64,000 nt of DNA from Pontiella sp. (GCA_036479375.1 JAZGFK010000140.1:2215-66214); one strand, 5' to 3'. Shown: positions 37,046 to 47,714, numbered from the stretch's first letter. Numbers and translations: made by a program. The notes: a model not told the origin generated them from the letters alone.

Positions 37046-38644
37046 ATGAGCGACGAAAACGAAGTTGTTGAAGAAATTGTAAAGGCTAAAGCCCCTGCAA
37101 AAAAGACGGCCAAGAAAAAGGCCACAAAAAAGACGGCAGTAAAAAAAGAAGGCGAAGAAACGGTTAAAGTTTCCACCGATATCCCCAGCGAACAAACTGC
37201 TGAAAAGCCTCCTGAAAGTAATTCGGATACCGCGAATGAAAAAACAGCCAAACAAGATAAAAGGCCTCCTCAAGAGCGGAAACAGCATGACCGTAATCAA
37301 GGGAAACACGGAAAAAAGAATCGTGGCGGAAAGAACAATAATCGACGGGAACGCGATCAACCCCCTCAGAATGTAGATAACCTGCCGGCGCTTTCGCTGC
37401 ATGAAATGCAGGTTACGCCAATCAACGATATTAAAACTCTCGCTGAACAATACGGCCTGCAGGAATACGATGGACTGGGAAAACATCAACTTATTTTTGA
37501 GTTACTTAAGTTACATGGCCGCCGCGGAGGACCTTTGCTTGGCGTGGGTGTACTTGAAATTCTACCCGATGGATTCGGTTTCCTTCGTTCGCCGCTGAAT
37601 AGCTATCAGCCTGCACCGGATGATATCTATGTTTCGCCTTCTCAGATACGCCGCTTTGGTATCCGCACCGGGGACTACGTTACCGGCTCGATTCGCTCCC
37701 CGAAAGAAAAGGAACGTTTCTTTGCGTTGCTTCGTGTTGACCAGATTAATAAAGAAGATCCGGAAATGGCGCGTAAACGTGTTCCGTTTGAAAACCTGAC
37801 ACCGCTGTTCCCGGACGAACGTCTGGTGATGGAAACGGATTCAAAGGAAATTTCCATGCGGGTCATGGATATTGTTACGCCGATCGGAAAGGGACAGCGT
37901 GGATTGATTGTTGCGCCGCCACGTACGGGTAAAACAGTTTTAATGCAAAAAATGGCGAACAGCATTTCCAAGAATAACCCGGAAGCAAAGCTGATCGTTC
38001 TGTTGATTGATGAGCGTCCCGAAGAAGTAACCGACATGCGCCGCAACACCCAGGCGGAAGTGCTGGCGTCTACCTTTGATGAGCCGCCGGAGCGTCACAC
38101 ACAGGTTGCTGAAATTGTGATCGAAATGTCGAAGCGTTTAGTGGAACAGGGGCAGGATGTTATTATTCTACTAGACTCCATCACTCGTTTGGCACGTGCC
38201 TATAATACGACTTCGCCGCACAGTGGTAAAATTCTTTCCGGTGGTGTCGATTCCAACGCACTGCATAAACCAAAACGCTTTTTCGGCGCAGCGCGTAATA
38301 TTGAGGACGGCGGCAGTTTGAGCATTATTGCTACGGCTCTGGTCGATACGGGGAGCCGTATGGATGAGGTGATCTTTGAAGAATTTAAAGGAACCGGCAA
38401 CATGGAGCTGGGTCTGGATCGTGAATTGGTGAACAAACGCATATATCCGGCGATCAATATCGAACGATCCGGCACCCGTAAGGAAGAACTTCTATTGCAT
38501 CCTGACGAACTACAGCGCATCTGGACGCTTCGTAAAGCGCTTAAGGATGTGCCGCAGGTTGAGGCGATGGAACTGTTGATCAACCGCCTTAAGAAAACCA
38601 ACAATAACCTGGAATTTCTAATGACGCTGCAGGGTAATAAATAG
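37046..38644 (+). CDS. rho: Transcription termination factor Rho with long N-terminal low-complexity extension
   Basis: [34 protein letters not shown] and FEEFKGTGN. Confidence 0.98.
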   Translation: MSDENEVVEEIVKAKAPAKKTAKKKATKKTAVKKEGEETVKVSTDIPSEQTAEKPPESNSDTANEKTAKQDKRPPQERKQHDRNQGKHGKKNRGGKNNNRRERDQPPQNVDNLPALSLHEMQVTPINDIKTLAEQYGLQEYDGLGKHQLIFELLKLHGRRGGPLLGVGVLEILPDGFGFLRSPLNSYQPAPDDIYVSPSQIRRFGIRTGDYVTGSIRSPKEKERFFALLRVDQINKEDPEMARKRVPFENLTPLFPDERLVMETDSKEISMRVMDIVTPIGKGQRGLIVAPPRTGKTVLMQKMANSISKNNPEAKLIVLLIDERPEEVTDMRRNTQAEVLASTFDEPPERHTQVAEIVIEMSKRLVEQGQDVIILLDSITRLARAYNTTSPHSGKILSGGVDSNALHKPKRFFGAARNIEDGGSLSIIATALVDTGSRMDEVIFEEFKGTGNMELGLDRELVNKRIYPAINIERSGTRKEELLLHPDELQRIWTLRKALKDVPQVEAMELLINRLKKTNNNLEFLMTLQGNK

Positions 38645-38664
38645 ACGGATTTCTTGTAGTTTGG

Positions 38665-38694
38665 AAAGAGCGACCATGCTGGTCGTTTTTTTTT
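38665..38694 (+). terminator. Intrinsic terminator after rho
   Basis: GCGACCA-TGC-TGGTCGT followed by a T-tract. Confidence 0.8.
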
Positions 38695-38700
38695 GCCGTT

Positions 38701-38729
38701 TTGACAGCTCTTCATTTGTTTTGTAGCAT
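38701..38729 (+). promoter_or_regulatory. Candidate sigma70 promoter
   Basis: TTGACA-17 bp-TAGCAT upstream of the ORF at 38753. Confidence 0.55.
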
Positions 38730-38752
38730 GTTGCCCAGAAGAAAGGGGCGCT

Positions 38753-39706
38753 ATGCAAACCACCAAAAAAATGAATGCCATTCTACTCGCTGGCGATCGC
38801 CGAGCCAGCATTCAGTTGAGGAGCGATAATAAAGCATTCCTGGAACTCAAAGGAGTTCCGCTTTTCATTCATGTGTTGAAGGCCTTGCGGATGGCCGACC
38901 ACGTTGGCCTAGTTGTGATTGTGGGTCCCTCCGTCCGTATCCGGGCAGCGCTGGAGGAACATGGAATCGAGTCGGATGTCGTGGTTATAGAGCAGCGCGA
39001 TAATATGGTTGAAAACTTCAAGGCAGGATATGTTGCCTCGCTTGGTTTTGGAGATGATGTTGATTTCTGGAGTTTGAAAGGGTCGGAGCATGAACAAACA
39101 CCCGTTCTGGTTGCTCCCTGTGATATTCCCATGCTGCTCCCGGAAGAGGTCGATGAGTTTCTGATGCGAAGCAGTATGCATGATTACGACTATTCCATCG
39201 GAATTACGTCAAAGGAGGTGCTTTCTAATTTTCACCCTCAGAAGGAGAAACCCGGGATTCAAATGATCTACATTCATGTTAAGGAAGATCTGATGCGGCA
39301 CAATAATCTTCATATCGGCAAGCCGCTGAAATTTGATCATCTGGACTACATCGAAAAAATGTATGAGTGGCGATATCAGACCCGTTTGGCCAATATTCTG
39401 CGCATGCTATTTTCATTAATGTGCAATGGCTGGCGACTGATGAAGAGTCTTCGAATTTTCATTCTGATGCAGCTTTCGCTCTACTATGATCGCCATGGAC
39501 ACCCAAAGTTTTCTGATCGACTCCGGTATCTGGTCGGGTTCAATTGGTTGGCTGAGGGAATTGGCAATGCGCTGGGAGCACGCGTACAGATTGTTTATAC
39601 GCATTTTGGTGGGGCCGCTCTCGATGCCGATAATGAAAAGGATCTGGCTGTTATTGAAGAACGCTATGATGAGTGGATGGCACTGCAGCGTAATTTGCGC
39701 GTTTAG
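38753..39706 (+). CDS. MobA-like nucleotidyltransferase family protein
   Basis: AILLAG, NKAFLELKG.PL..HVL.AL, PCDIPML and C-terminal LDAD. Confidence 0.8.
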   Translation: MQTTKKMNAILLAGDRRASIQLRSDNKAFLELKGVPLFIHVLKALRMADHVGLVVIVGPSVRIRAALEEHGIESDVVVIEQRDNMVENFKAGYVASLGFGDDVDFWSLKGSEHEQTPVLVAPCDIPMLLPEEVDEFLMRSSMHDYDYSIGITSKEVLSNFHPQKEKPGIQMIYIHVKEDLMRHNNLHIGKPLKFDHLDYIEKMYEWRYQTRLANILRMLFSLMCNGWRLMKSLRIFILMQLSLYYDRHGHPKFSDRLRYLVGFNWLAEGIGNALGARVQIVYTHFGGAALDADNEKDLAVIEERYDEWMALQRNLRV

Positions 39707-41091
39707 CTATTCGAGAGATCCTCAACCACAATCCGATTCCCGTGCACTTCCATAATCCGAACCGGGGATTGATGCGGAATATAATCACCACGTGTTACCA
39801 CATCGATTTTGCGATCACCAAAATAAGCGGTTCCGCTAGGTCTGAGGTCGGAGTGCGTAATACCTTCGAGTCCTAGCAGGTTTGCATTTTCGTCTGTAGT
39901 AGCGGCAACGGTATCGAGTATCAGGCTTTTGAATACACGGGTTTTCGGAAGAAACTTTCCTGCAACTACCACCATGATGATTGAGCCCACAAAAGAGAAC
40001 ATGACTTTCAGCAATGGAATGGAAAAAGTTTCTATCTCAAACGAAATGGGTCTCCATGAGCCGGGTAAATGTTCACTCATGGCACTGATGAATGAAACGA
40101 AGATAAGCAGTAGCCCGCTGAATCCCATAATGCCAAATCCGGGCGTAATAAAGATCTCGATGGCCAATAACGTTACCCCGAGTGCAAAAATCAGCAGATC
40201 TTCCATGCCTGCCAGCCCGGCAATATGATGTCCGAAGAAAAAAAGAAGCAGGCAGGAAATGCCCGCAATTCCAAAAATTCCGAAGCCCGGCGTTTTAAAT
40301 TCCAGCCAGAGGCCGCCCATTCCAATCATCATCAGGATGGGCGCAATGCCTGCAATTAAGCGTGCCAAACGTTCCGCAGCCGTAACTTCAAGCGTTTTAG
40401 TTTCAGCATTTTTAAGTCCGATATTTTCGAGCATTTCGTCGATGTTTTGCACGGTACCATTTGAGAGCAGGGGGTGTTGATCTTCGCCGACGAGTTGTTC
40501 GGCTTCGGTATTGGTCAAGGTGAGTACATTTCCGATTTTGCTGATGAGAACATCTCCAACCTTGTATTCAAGGTCTCTGCGAACCATCGCTTCGGCTAAT
40601 TCAACATCGTGTCCTCCCTGTTCCGCAGCGGAGCGGACGTGGGCGGCCACGTAGGAGGTCATTTTTTCTTTCTCGGCTTCGGGCATATCCTGAATGCCTC
40701 CGGTCAGTCCCATTGAGATGGGGGTAATGTCGCCGATCACCGATCCCTGTTTCATATAAATCGATGGCGTTGACAGGGCAATCATGGCCCCGGCTGAAAT
40801 TGCTTCCTTTTCAACAAAGGTATACACCGGAATGGTGGAATGTCCGATGGCTCCAATAATGGCTACTGCAGAATCGACCCGCCCGCCGGTCGTGTCCATA
40901 TGTAAGATGATGGCGTCTGCTTTTTTGCGGGTAGCTTCATCAACACCGCGTCTAACGACATAGAGCAGGGCGGGTTCGATCATTTTTTTGATCGGGATAA
41001 TATAAACCAGCGGCGTATCGTTGGTGGTCTGTGCGTGACCGTTTGAAATCATCAGGGTTGCGATCAGGGTGAATAGGGTTTTCCTTAGCAT
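39703..41091 (-). CDS. NfeD family membrane-bound serine protease
   Basis: MDTTGGRVD, AISAGAMIAL, EFKTPGFGIFG and C-terminal SDLRPSG OB-fold. Confidence 0.9.
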   Translation of the reverse strand: MLRKTLFTLIATLMISNGHAQTTNDTPLVYIIPIKKMIEPALLYVVRRGVDEATRKKADAIILHMDTTGGRVDSAVAIIGAIGHSTIPVYTFVEKEAISAGAMIALSTPSIYMKQGSVIGDITPISMGLTGGIQDMPEAEKEKMTSYVAAHVRSAAEQGGHDVELAEAMVRRDLEYKVGDVLISKIGNVLTLTNTEAEQLVGEDQHPLLSNGTVQNIDEMLENIGLKNAETKTLEVTAAERLARLIAGIAPILMMIGMGGLWLEFKTPGFGIFGIAGISCLLLFFFGHHIAGLAGMEDLLIFALGVTLLAIEIFITPGFGIMGFSGLLLIFVSFISAMSEHLPGSWRPISFEIETFSIPLLKVMFSFVGSIIMVVVAGKFLPKTRVFKSLILDTVAATTDENANLLGLEGITHSDLRPSGTAYFGDRKIDVVTRGDYIPHQSPVRIMEVHGNRIVVEDLSNS

Positions 41092-41188
41092 GAAAGTTAC
41101 TCCTGTTAATGCAGGAGCATTTTTTTCCACCGGATGGAAAAAGGAAAGGCTAAACTTCCAATGTCTCTAAAATATGCGTATTACATGG

Positions 41189-41887
41189 ATGATGATTCTT
41201 AAGGGAAAACGAGCGCTGGTTACTGGTGGAGCTGTCCGAATCGGCAAAGCTATTACAAAAGCGCTCCAGGCTGCGGGTGCTGAAGTGGTTGTTCATTACC
41301 GTAATTCAGCCAGGGAAGCCGATGAACTTTCTCCGTTGACTGTTCAGGCTGATCTGTATTTGGTAGAGGAATGCGCCCGGTTAATTGAACAGGCGGGACC
41401 GTTGGATATCCTAATCAATAATGCATCGATCTTTACCAAGGATTCGCTCGCGGAATCGACTCCTGAGCGGGTTCAAAATGAGTTTAACATCAATCTGCTG
41501 GCTCCGCTTGAGCTAACACGGCACTTTGCTGCGCAGGCGAATGAGGGGGCTATAATCAATCTGTTGGATCGTCGTATTCGCGCCAACGACACGACCTGCC
41601 TTCCTTATTCCATTACGAAAAGGGGATTGGAGGAATTGACCAAATTGAGTGCGCTGGAATTGGCACCCCGTATCCGTGTCAATGCGGTTGCGCCCGGTCC
41701 GATTCTTCCTCCACCGGGCAGTTCAGCTGAAAGTGCCCGGGAACTGGCGGGAAATATCCCGCTCGACCTTTTGCCAACACCTGAAAATATTGCTGAAACT
41801 ACGTTGTTTCTCCTGCAGGCGGATTATTGCACCGGGCAGGTTATTTATGTGGATGGCGGACAACACCTTTTAGGAAATGGAGTGTAG
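41189..41887 (+). CDS. SDR oxidoreductase, pteridine reductase/FolM-like
   Basis: TGGAVRIG, LINNASIF, YSITK and VNAVAPG; adjacent to folB. Confidence 0.85.
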   Translation: MMILKGKRALVTGGAVRIGKAITKALQAAGAEVVVHYRNSAREADELSPLTVQADLYLVEECARLIEQAGPLDILINNASIFTKDSLAESTPERVQNEFNINLLAPLELTRHFAAQANEGAIINLLDRRIRANDTTCLPYSITKRGLEELTKLSALELAPRIRVNAVAPGPILPPPGSSAESARELAGNIPLDLLPTPENIAETTLFLLQADYCTGQVIYVDGGQHLLGNGV

Positions 41888-41946
41888 AAGCGACGTTCCC
41901 GTCGCTTTCTCGTCTGCCGGGAACGCGACGAGGGCGTCGCGTCTAC
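41884..41946. repeat. Inverted pair of GTAG-type REPs (REPIN/BIME-like); the first GTAG overlaps the SDR stop codon
   Basis: GTAG-AAGCGACG-TTCC-CGTCGCTT and, on the minus strand, GTAG-ACGCGACG-CCCT-CGTCGCGT. Confidence 0.8.
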
Positions 41947-41964
41947 GACGATATGGAGAAGACT

Positions 41965-42315
41965 ATGGATAAAATATTTATACGGGATCTGGCGCTGCGT
42001 TGTATTATCGGAATTTTTCCGGAAGAACGGCGGGAAAAACAGGATATAGTCATCAATATTGAGATGCATGCCGACCTGCGCAAGGCGGGGCGTTCGGACA
42101 AGCTGGAAGATACGGTGGATTACAAGACCATCAAGAAAGCCATTTTAAAACTGGTCGACGGCAGCAGTTTTGAATTAATCGAATCGCTGGCAGAGCGCAT
42201 GGCCGATATTGCGTTGGCCGACCATAAAGTGCAGCAGGTGGTTGTGACCATCGACAAGCCCGGCGCCTTAAGGTTTGCCAAAGCATCGGCGGTTGAGATT
42301 ACGCGGCAGTGCTAG
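41965..42315 (+). CDS. folB: Dihydroneopterin aldolase
   Basis: IFIRDL...IIG....ER..Q, TVDY, LIESLAE and KPGA. Confidence 0.92.
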   Translation: MDKIFIRDLALRCIIGIFPEERREKQDIVINIEMHADLRKAGRSDKLEDTVDYKTIKKAILKLVDGSSFELIESLAERMADIALADHKVQQVVVTIDKPGALRFAKASAVEITRQC

Positions 42316-42354
42316 GGGGCTTTATGCGCCCTGTGTCGGCGGACCAGTGAGCTG

Positions 42355-42437
42355 TGGAGTGCGCAGGGGGCTAGGGCGCCGCTTTAAACTATTTTGCGGG
42401 GGTGTTTTAACGCGCAATCAAGCTTTCGCGCTCCAAA
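42355..42437. repeat. Degenerate copy of the TGGAGTGCG REP family that flanks the RAYT
   Basis: TGGAGTGCG...CCGCTTT...CGCGCTCCAAA mirrors the layout of 46900-46979. Confidence 0.5.
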
Positions 42438-42480
42438 CAACAACCGTATAAAAAAGGGCAGGCTGAACCGGAACCGCAGC

Positions 42481-43449
42481 CTATTCGACGGATCCTTCAA
42501 ATACACCCATTGCGCGAAACTTGTCATACCGATCCTGCAGAATTTCTTCTGCAGACATCGAGCTCAAGGTTTCAAGCTGGCTAAGGATTGCAGCTTTAAG
42601 ATTCGCTGCCGCCGCCGGAAGATCAGCATGTGCGCCGCCCTTGGGTTCCGGTATGACTTCGTCGGCAAGTTTTAGCTTAATAAGATCGGGTCCCGTAATT
42701 TTAAGGGCTTCCGCCGCTTTGTCGGAAAAGGAGCGGTCTTTCCATAGAATGGCGGCACAGCCTTCCGGTGAAATTACCGAATAGTACGCATGTTCAAGAA
42801 TTAGAATTCGGTTACCGATCCCGATACCCAGTGCGCCTCCGCTGCCCCCTTCTCCGATTACTACACAGATAATCGGTACCTTGATGTTGAAGCATTCCCG
42901 TAGATTAACCGCAATGGCCTCTGCGATATGGCGTTCTTCTGATTCAAGACCGGCGTATGCTCCTTTGGTGTCGATTAGCGAGATGATAGGAACGCCGAAC
43001 TTGTCGGCGAGTTTCATCAGGCGCAGTGCTTTGCGATAGCCTTCGGGGTGCGCGCAACCAAAGTTGCATTCGACGTTAGACTTGGTGTCGCGGCCTTTCT
43101 GAGAGCCGATAATCATTATCTTTTTCCCGTCGATCTTAGCGAAGCCTCCCACGATAGCGCGGTCGTCGCGATGAATTCGGTCACCATGAATTTCAATAAA
43201 GTCGGTTGTCATGGTATTGATGTAATCCATGGTATAGGGACGGTCAGGATGGCGGGCAACCTGTACTTTTTGCCAGGCTGTAAGGTTGGCGTATATTTCG
43301 ATGCGGGTCTCGTCGATTTTCCTCTTCATGTTATTGATTTCATGGGAAACATCGATGTCCTGTTCCTGGCTGAAGGCTTCCAACTCCTGAAGTTTGGTTT
43401 CCAGTTCCGCGATTGGGGCTTCGAAAGGTAGGCTGAATTGTGCACTCAT
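42481..43449 (-). CDS. accA: Acetyl-CoA carboxylase carboxyltransferase alpha subunit
   Basis: ARHPDRP, PEGYRKALR, GEGGSGGALG and YSVISPEGCAAILW. Confidence 0.97.
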   Translation of the reverse strand: MSAQFSLPFEAPIAELETKLQELEAFSQEQDIDVSHEINNMKRKIDETRIEIYANLTAWQKVQVARHPDRPYTMDYINTMTTDFIEIHGDRIHRDDRAIVGGFAKIDGKKIMIIGSQKGRDTKSNVECNFGCAHPEGYRKALRLMKLADKFGVPIISLIDTKGAYAGLESEERHIAEAIAVNLRECFNIKVPIICVVIGEGGSGGALGIGIGNRILILEHAYYSVISPEGCAAILWKDRSFSDKAAEALKITGPDLIKLKLADEVIPEPKGGAHADLPAAAANLKAAILSQLETLSSMSAEEILQDRYDKFRAMGVFEGSVE

Positions 43450-43472
43450 GAAGTGTTCCTCGTTTCGTAAAA

Positions 43473-44438
43473 TTAGTTTGCGATTATAACGATAGATTTT
43501 CGGGGAACCAGATCAAACAGTTCCTCGACATCCTCGTTTAGCATGCGGATGCAGCCGGCACTGGATTGCTGACCAACACTGTCGCGCTCCCAGGTTCCGT
43601 GGATGCCGAATCCCGTAAGCTCGGGATGATCAGCAGATTTAATGGCCATCCAGCGTGTTCCCAGCACATTTTCCGGATCACCGTATTCAATCTGCTTATT
43701 GTCGGCAGGGCGCGTCCATGGGGGCTCAACGATTTTGTCGATAATGGTAAATTGTACCGCCGGAGTTTTTCCAAATTTTCCGGTTCCGACAGAATAGCGC
43801 TTGAAGACCTGGTTGCCCATCATCAGATCAAGCTCATTCCGGGTTTTGGAAACACGGATGGTGAAGTCGCTGTTGAATACGAGCAGGCGGGCTCCCGCTC
43901 GAATGGTATCGGTTTCCAGACCATTCATGGCCTTAATGAGCGCGACCGTGGTGTTGTGGTTCTTGGCAATCTTTTGCAGATAATCGCCGGATTGGATCAC
44001 ATAATACTCTTTACCGGGCATCATGAGAGGGGACTTCAACAATTGCATATTCACTTCGCCCAGCATTTTTAGGGCTTCTGCGTCTGGGGAGATGGCCACT
44101 AGTTTATCAAGAATGATTTTAGCGTTGGTTAGTTGGCCGCCATCGATTGCAGACTGGGCATCTGACCGTTGCGCTCTGGATTCAGGAGTAGACGCAACGG
44201 TTGCAGGTGCGGAAGGAGCAAGGTTCAGCGGTGCCAATGGAGCGGATACGCTCGCCGCAGAAGCGGGGGCTGCAGGCGCTGGCATTTCAGGAACCTTATT
44301 TTCAGTTTTCTTGCCCTTGGAGTAAAAAAGGTAAGCGGCAACGAGAACGACTTGGATTAGAATGATTACGATGAAAACGGTTTTCCAGCGACCGTTTCCC
44401 CGGTTGTTATAGGAGCCTGCATAAATGGGTTTTGCCAT
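43473..44438 (-). CDS. LysM-domain L,D-transpeptidase
   Basis: N-terminal TM, LysM (YVIQSGDYLQKIA) and GIHGT...SAGCIRM. Confidence 0.93.
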   Translation of the reverse strand: MAKPIYAGSYNNRGNGRWKTVFIVIILIQVVLVAAYLFYSKGKKTENKVPEMPAPAAPASAASVSAPLAPLNLAPSAPATVASTPESRAQRSDAQSAIDGGQLTNAKIILDKLVAISPDAEALKMLGEVNMQLLKSPLMMPGKEYYVIQSGDYLQKIAKNHNTTVALIKAMNGLETDTIRAGARLLVFNSDFTIRVSKTRNELDLMMGNQVFKRYSVGTGKFGKTPAVQFTIIDKIVEPPWTRPADNKQIEYGDPENVLGTRWMAIKSADHPELTGFGIHGTWERDSVGQQSSAGCIRMLNEDVEELFDLVPRKSIVIIAN

Positions 44439-44781
44439 AGTAGATTAACCTTCGTTTGGTACAAGTTGCCCATTTATGCCGAATAGCCTTTTCCGGTGCA
44501 ATAATAATACGTTTACAGATGGCTGAAGGCAGTTGTTTTGGCGTTTCAATCTTTTTCAATCAGATTTTTTTTAAGCGGTTTTTATTCCTATTGATCAAAT
44601 TCAGATACACCGCATTTTTGCCGCTATATGTCCAAAATTGAAGTCATGCCTCGTATAACTCACTCAACACACCTCTGTTATAGGTAAGGAAGTCATGCCG
44701 GATACAAATCAGAACTTAACGGTTCTATTCTTAGCTTATTTTGTTACTTTGATCGAAGGAAGTGTTTGAGGATTGGGAGAT

Positions 44782-45171
44782 ATGAGGAAATTTAATCCAT
44801 TAATTTTAATGATGGCGTTGTTATGCATGCCATTAACTGGTTTTGCTCAGCAAGAAGACGCCGGGATTGCGCCTATGCTCTCTACTGAACCGATAAAAGA
44901 AGCTCCAAGGGCCAAGGTTACTGCTGTATATGGCGTTACTGCGGATGATTATCTGCCTTCTACCGACTCAGTCCGTCAGCACCTTCGACCCAACGTTCGA
45001 AGAGCCGCATCCCATCCGAGTTTTGACCTCCCGGACGCTTTTTACTACATTGGCGGCCCTATTTTTCTAATTATATTGCTCCGCGTGTTGGTGATATTTC
45101 TGAACGGGTTCGAAGAAAAACGGAAAGAAGAGCTCCGCGCGGAAGCAAGCCAAAGCCCCAATCCCAAATAA
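44782..45171 (+). CDS. Hypothetical exported protein with C-terminal membrane anchor
   Basis: Signal peptide ending GFA-Q, hydrophobic segment near the C-terminus, then a charged tail. Confidence 0.6.
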   Translation: MRKFNPLILMMALLCMPLTGFAQQEDAGIAPMLSTEPIKEAPRAKVTAVYGVTADDYLPSTDSVRQHLRPNVRRAASHPSFDLPDAFYYIGGPIFLIILLRVLVIFLNGFEEKRKEELRAEASQSPNPK

Positions 45172-45216
45172 TCCGACGTGCTGAAACCGCGCCTTCATTG
45201 AATACTTCCCCGCAAC

Positions 45217-46875
45217 ATGCTCAGAACGCTCAAAATTAAGAATCTTGCACTGGTCGATGATGTTCAGGTTGGATTTAACGAAGGCCTTAATGTAATTACC
45301 GGCGAAACCGGCGCAGGCAAGTCGCTGATGGTTGGTGCATTGCGATTGCTTCTTGGCGAACGTGCGGATAAGTCGATGATTCGTACCGGCGAAACATCTT
45401 GTTCCGTGCATGCCGAATTCGGTCTCTCAAATTCAGTACAGGTGGATGCCATCCTGGCGGACATTGGAATGGAAACCTGCGATGGCGGACTACTGATCAT
45501 CCGAAGAATAATCACTGAATCGTCAAACAAAACGATGGTGAACGACGAGCCGGTCACCCTGCAGGTTCTAAAACGATTAGGTGCTGTGCTGGTCGATATG
45601 CATGGTCCCTACGATCACCAATCCTTGCTCGACCAATCGGTGCAACTCGAAATTCTGGATGCGTTCGGTCAATTGAATAAAACCAAAGTTGCGTATAGAG
45701 ACGAATATTCGAAATATCGGGATATCCAGAAGCAGATTGATGCACTTAACTCCGATAACGAGGAAGACCTCGAGCGTCAGATTGAATTTCTCGACTACCG
45801 CGTCAACGAAATCGAAACCGCAAAACTTACCGTAGACGAAGAAACCGAAGTGGAGGAAGAGCATAGCGTTATTGCAAACTCCCAGCAGGTAATCGAACTT
45901 GCCAATGGTGCCGCCACTGCACTAACCGAAGGAGAAGGGTGCGCGTTCGACGGGCTGGTTTCAGCACAACGGGCACTAAATCAATTGATCAAGCTGATGC
46001 CTGAAGCACAGGAATGGCACGATGAAATTGAAAGCGCTGTTACATCCGTTCAGGAAGTGGTCCGTTCAATAGAAAACTCCGCTACCGGAATTGATTCCAG
46101 TGCGGAACGGATGCAATGGCTGGATGACCGGTTAACCACATACCAGACCCTAAAACGAAAATATGGATCTACCGTCGAAGAGGTGCTGAAAAATGGGGAA
46201 ATATGGAAACAACAACTTTCCGAATTACGAGGACGCGACAAAAAACGGGCCGCGTTTGAAAGTGAAAAAGCTGCAATTTTCCAATCAGTAGAAAAGGCCG
46301 GGCTGAAGCTGCGCCAGGAACGCGAAAACGTGGCGGATCTGTTATCTGAATCCATTACCAGGGAATTGGTCGATATAGGATTTGAACACGGATTCTTTGA
46401 TGTGCAGATTAATCCATGCGATCCGGGGCCGTCAGGTATGGATGAAATCGACTTTGGTTTTGCTCCGAATACCGGCGAAGACATGCGTCCGCTTCGCATG
46501 ATTGCTTCCAGTGGCGAAATTTCCCGTGTAATGCTGGCAACGAAAGCCGTTCTAGCAAAACAGGATCAGATTCCAGTACTGGTATTCGATGAAATCGACG
46601 CCAACATTGGCGGCGAAATCGGTGGGGCGGTAGGCCGTAAACTGGCGCAGGTGGCTAAACACCATCAGCTCATCTGCATCACCCATTTGCCACAGGTTGC
46701 CGCCTGTGGAACCACACACCTCGCCGTCTCCAAAAAGGTCGAAGACGGTCGAACCTATACCGAAGTGCAGTTATTGGATGCGGAATCCCGTCCCGATGAA
46801 ATTGCACGGATGCTCGGCGGAAAAAACAGTACCAATGTCACCCTTCAGCACGCGCAGGAAATGCTGGAGTTGTAG
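45217..46875 (+). CDS. recN: DNA repair protein RecN
   Basis: TGETGAGKS, ASSGEISRVMLA, FDEIDANIGG and CITHLPQVA. Confidence 0.96.
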   Translation: MLRTLKIKNLALVDDVQVGFNEGLNVITGETGAGKSLMVGALRLLLGERADKSMIRTGETSCSVHAEFGLSNSVQVDAILADIGMETCDGGLLIIRRIITESSNKTMVNDEPVTLQVLKRLGAVLVDMHGPYDHQSLLDQSVQLEILDAFGQLNKTKVAYRDEYSKYRDIQKQIDALNSDNEEDLERQIEFLDYRVNEIETAKLTVDEETEVEEEHSVIANSQQVIELANGAATALTEGEGCAFDGLVSAQRALNQLIKLMPEAQEWHDEIESAVTSVQEVVRSIENSATGIDSSAERMQWLDDRLTTYQTLKRKYGSTVEEVLKNGEIWKQQLSELRGRDKKRAAFESEKAAIFQSVEKAGLKLRQERENVADLLSESITRELVDIGFEHGFFDVQINPCDPGPSGMDEIDFGFAPNTGEDMRPLRMIASSGEISRVMLATKAVLAKQDQIPVLVFDEIDANIGGEIGGAVGRKLAQVAKHHQLICITHLPQVAACGTTHLAVSKKVEDGRTYTEVQLLDAESRPDEIARMLGGKNSTNVTLQHAQEMLEL

Positions 46876-46884
46876 CGAAAAGTT

Positions 46885-46990
46885 TGGAGTGCATAAATCT
46901 GGAGTGCGGTGGGAAGCGCAGCGCCACACCGCTTTCAACCCGCACCGCTGTCGCCTTTCAGTTGCCATCGCACTCCAAATTTTAACTCCA
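46885..46990. repeat. Left REP cluster flanking the RAYT
   Basis: 46885-46932 is a 46/48-identical inverted copy of 47650-47697; extra ACTCCA motifs at 46972 and 46985. Confidence 0.85.
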
Positions 46991-47544
46991 AAATGTTACC
47001 GCGCAAAAATCATCCCGCACGCTGATACGATCCGTCTTGAAACGGGCCAGCGTGTTAATGAAAAATCGCTCTGCATTTCGCTCAAACCAGACCTACGAAC
47101 ACCACTTATAATTCGATGCATTGTCAATTACACCATGATGCACTGGATTTAGATGCACATAACGAAGGCGGGCTAAATACGACGTCTGATGCGTAATGTG
47201 GGAATCCCAGAAATTATGCCATACCTTCCGCCCCGGTATTTCATCCAGACGATTCAGCTTTTTGGAACTATATTCATGAAGACGGGAAATAACATCCGCC
47301 AGTGTGGACGGATTATCCGGTGACACAGCAATAAAGTGATAGTGATTTCCCATTATAGCCCAAGCCTGCAGCTGCCAGCCAAACTGAAGGGCATACTTAA
47401 ATAACATATCCTGAACGAGGGTTAGTTTATCCGGGGAATCCAAAAGAAACTGCTTTTGGTAAATCCCCCCGTAACCATATAAACGCCCTTTTCACCAAAA
47501 CGATGCATGGGAGCATGCGGCCAATAAGATGCGCTGTCATTCAT
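46982..47544 (-). pseudogene. REP-associated tyrosine transposase (RAYT / Y1 HUH) pseudogene
   Basis: WPHAPMH..GVYMVTGG, then a frameshift in the G6 run (47465-47470), AWAIMGNHYHF (HUH), YVHLNPVHHG, YKWCS, then an in-frame TAG at 47093 before WFE..FKTD..V.DDF. Confidence 0.85.
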
Positions 47545-47615
47545 TTCGGAAGATTACTGCACAGCAGAGAAAAAAGAATAACAAAGTTTGATTTAAATGT
47601 GGGTTCATGAAAATT

Positions 47616-47697
47616 TGGAGTAAAAGGTTTGGAGTGAAAAGCTTGGAGTGCGGTGTGGCGCTGCGCTTCCCACCGCACTCCAGATTATTGCACTCCA
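47616..47697. repeat. Right REP cluster flanking the RAYT
   Basis: TGGAGT at 47616/47630/47644; hairpin TGGAGTGCGGTG...CACCGCACTCCA at 47644-47682. Confidence 0.85.
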
Positions 47698-47714
47698 GAA
47701 TTATGTCCTACAGA

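Noticed and set aside
39703-41091. NfeD without an adjacent stomatin/flotillin gene
   Set aside because: The partner may lie elsewhere; not decidable from this window
47093-47095. Stop-codon readthrough (pyrrolysine or recoding) in the RAYT
   Set aside because: The same gene also has a frameshift, and TAG is an ordinary stop in many genes here, so pseudogenisation is simpler
46885-47697. IS element with terminal inverted repeats
   Set aside because: The enzyme is an HUH/Y1 type rather than DDE, the flanks are REP hairpins, and no clear target duplication was seen
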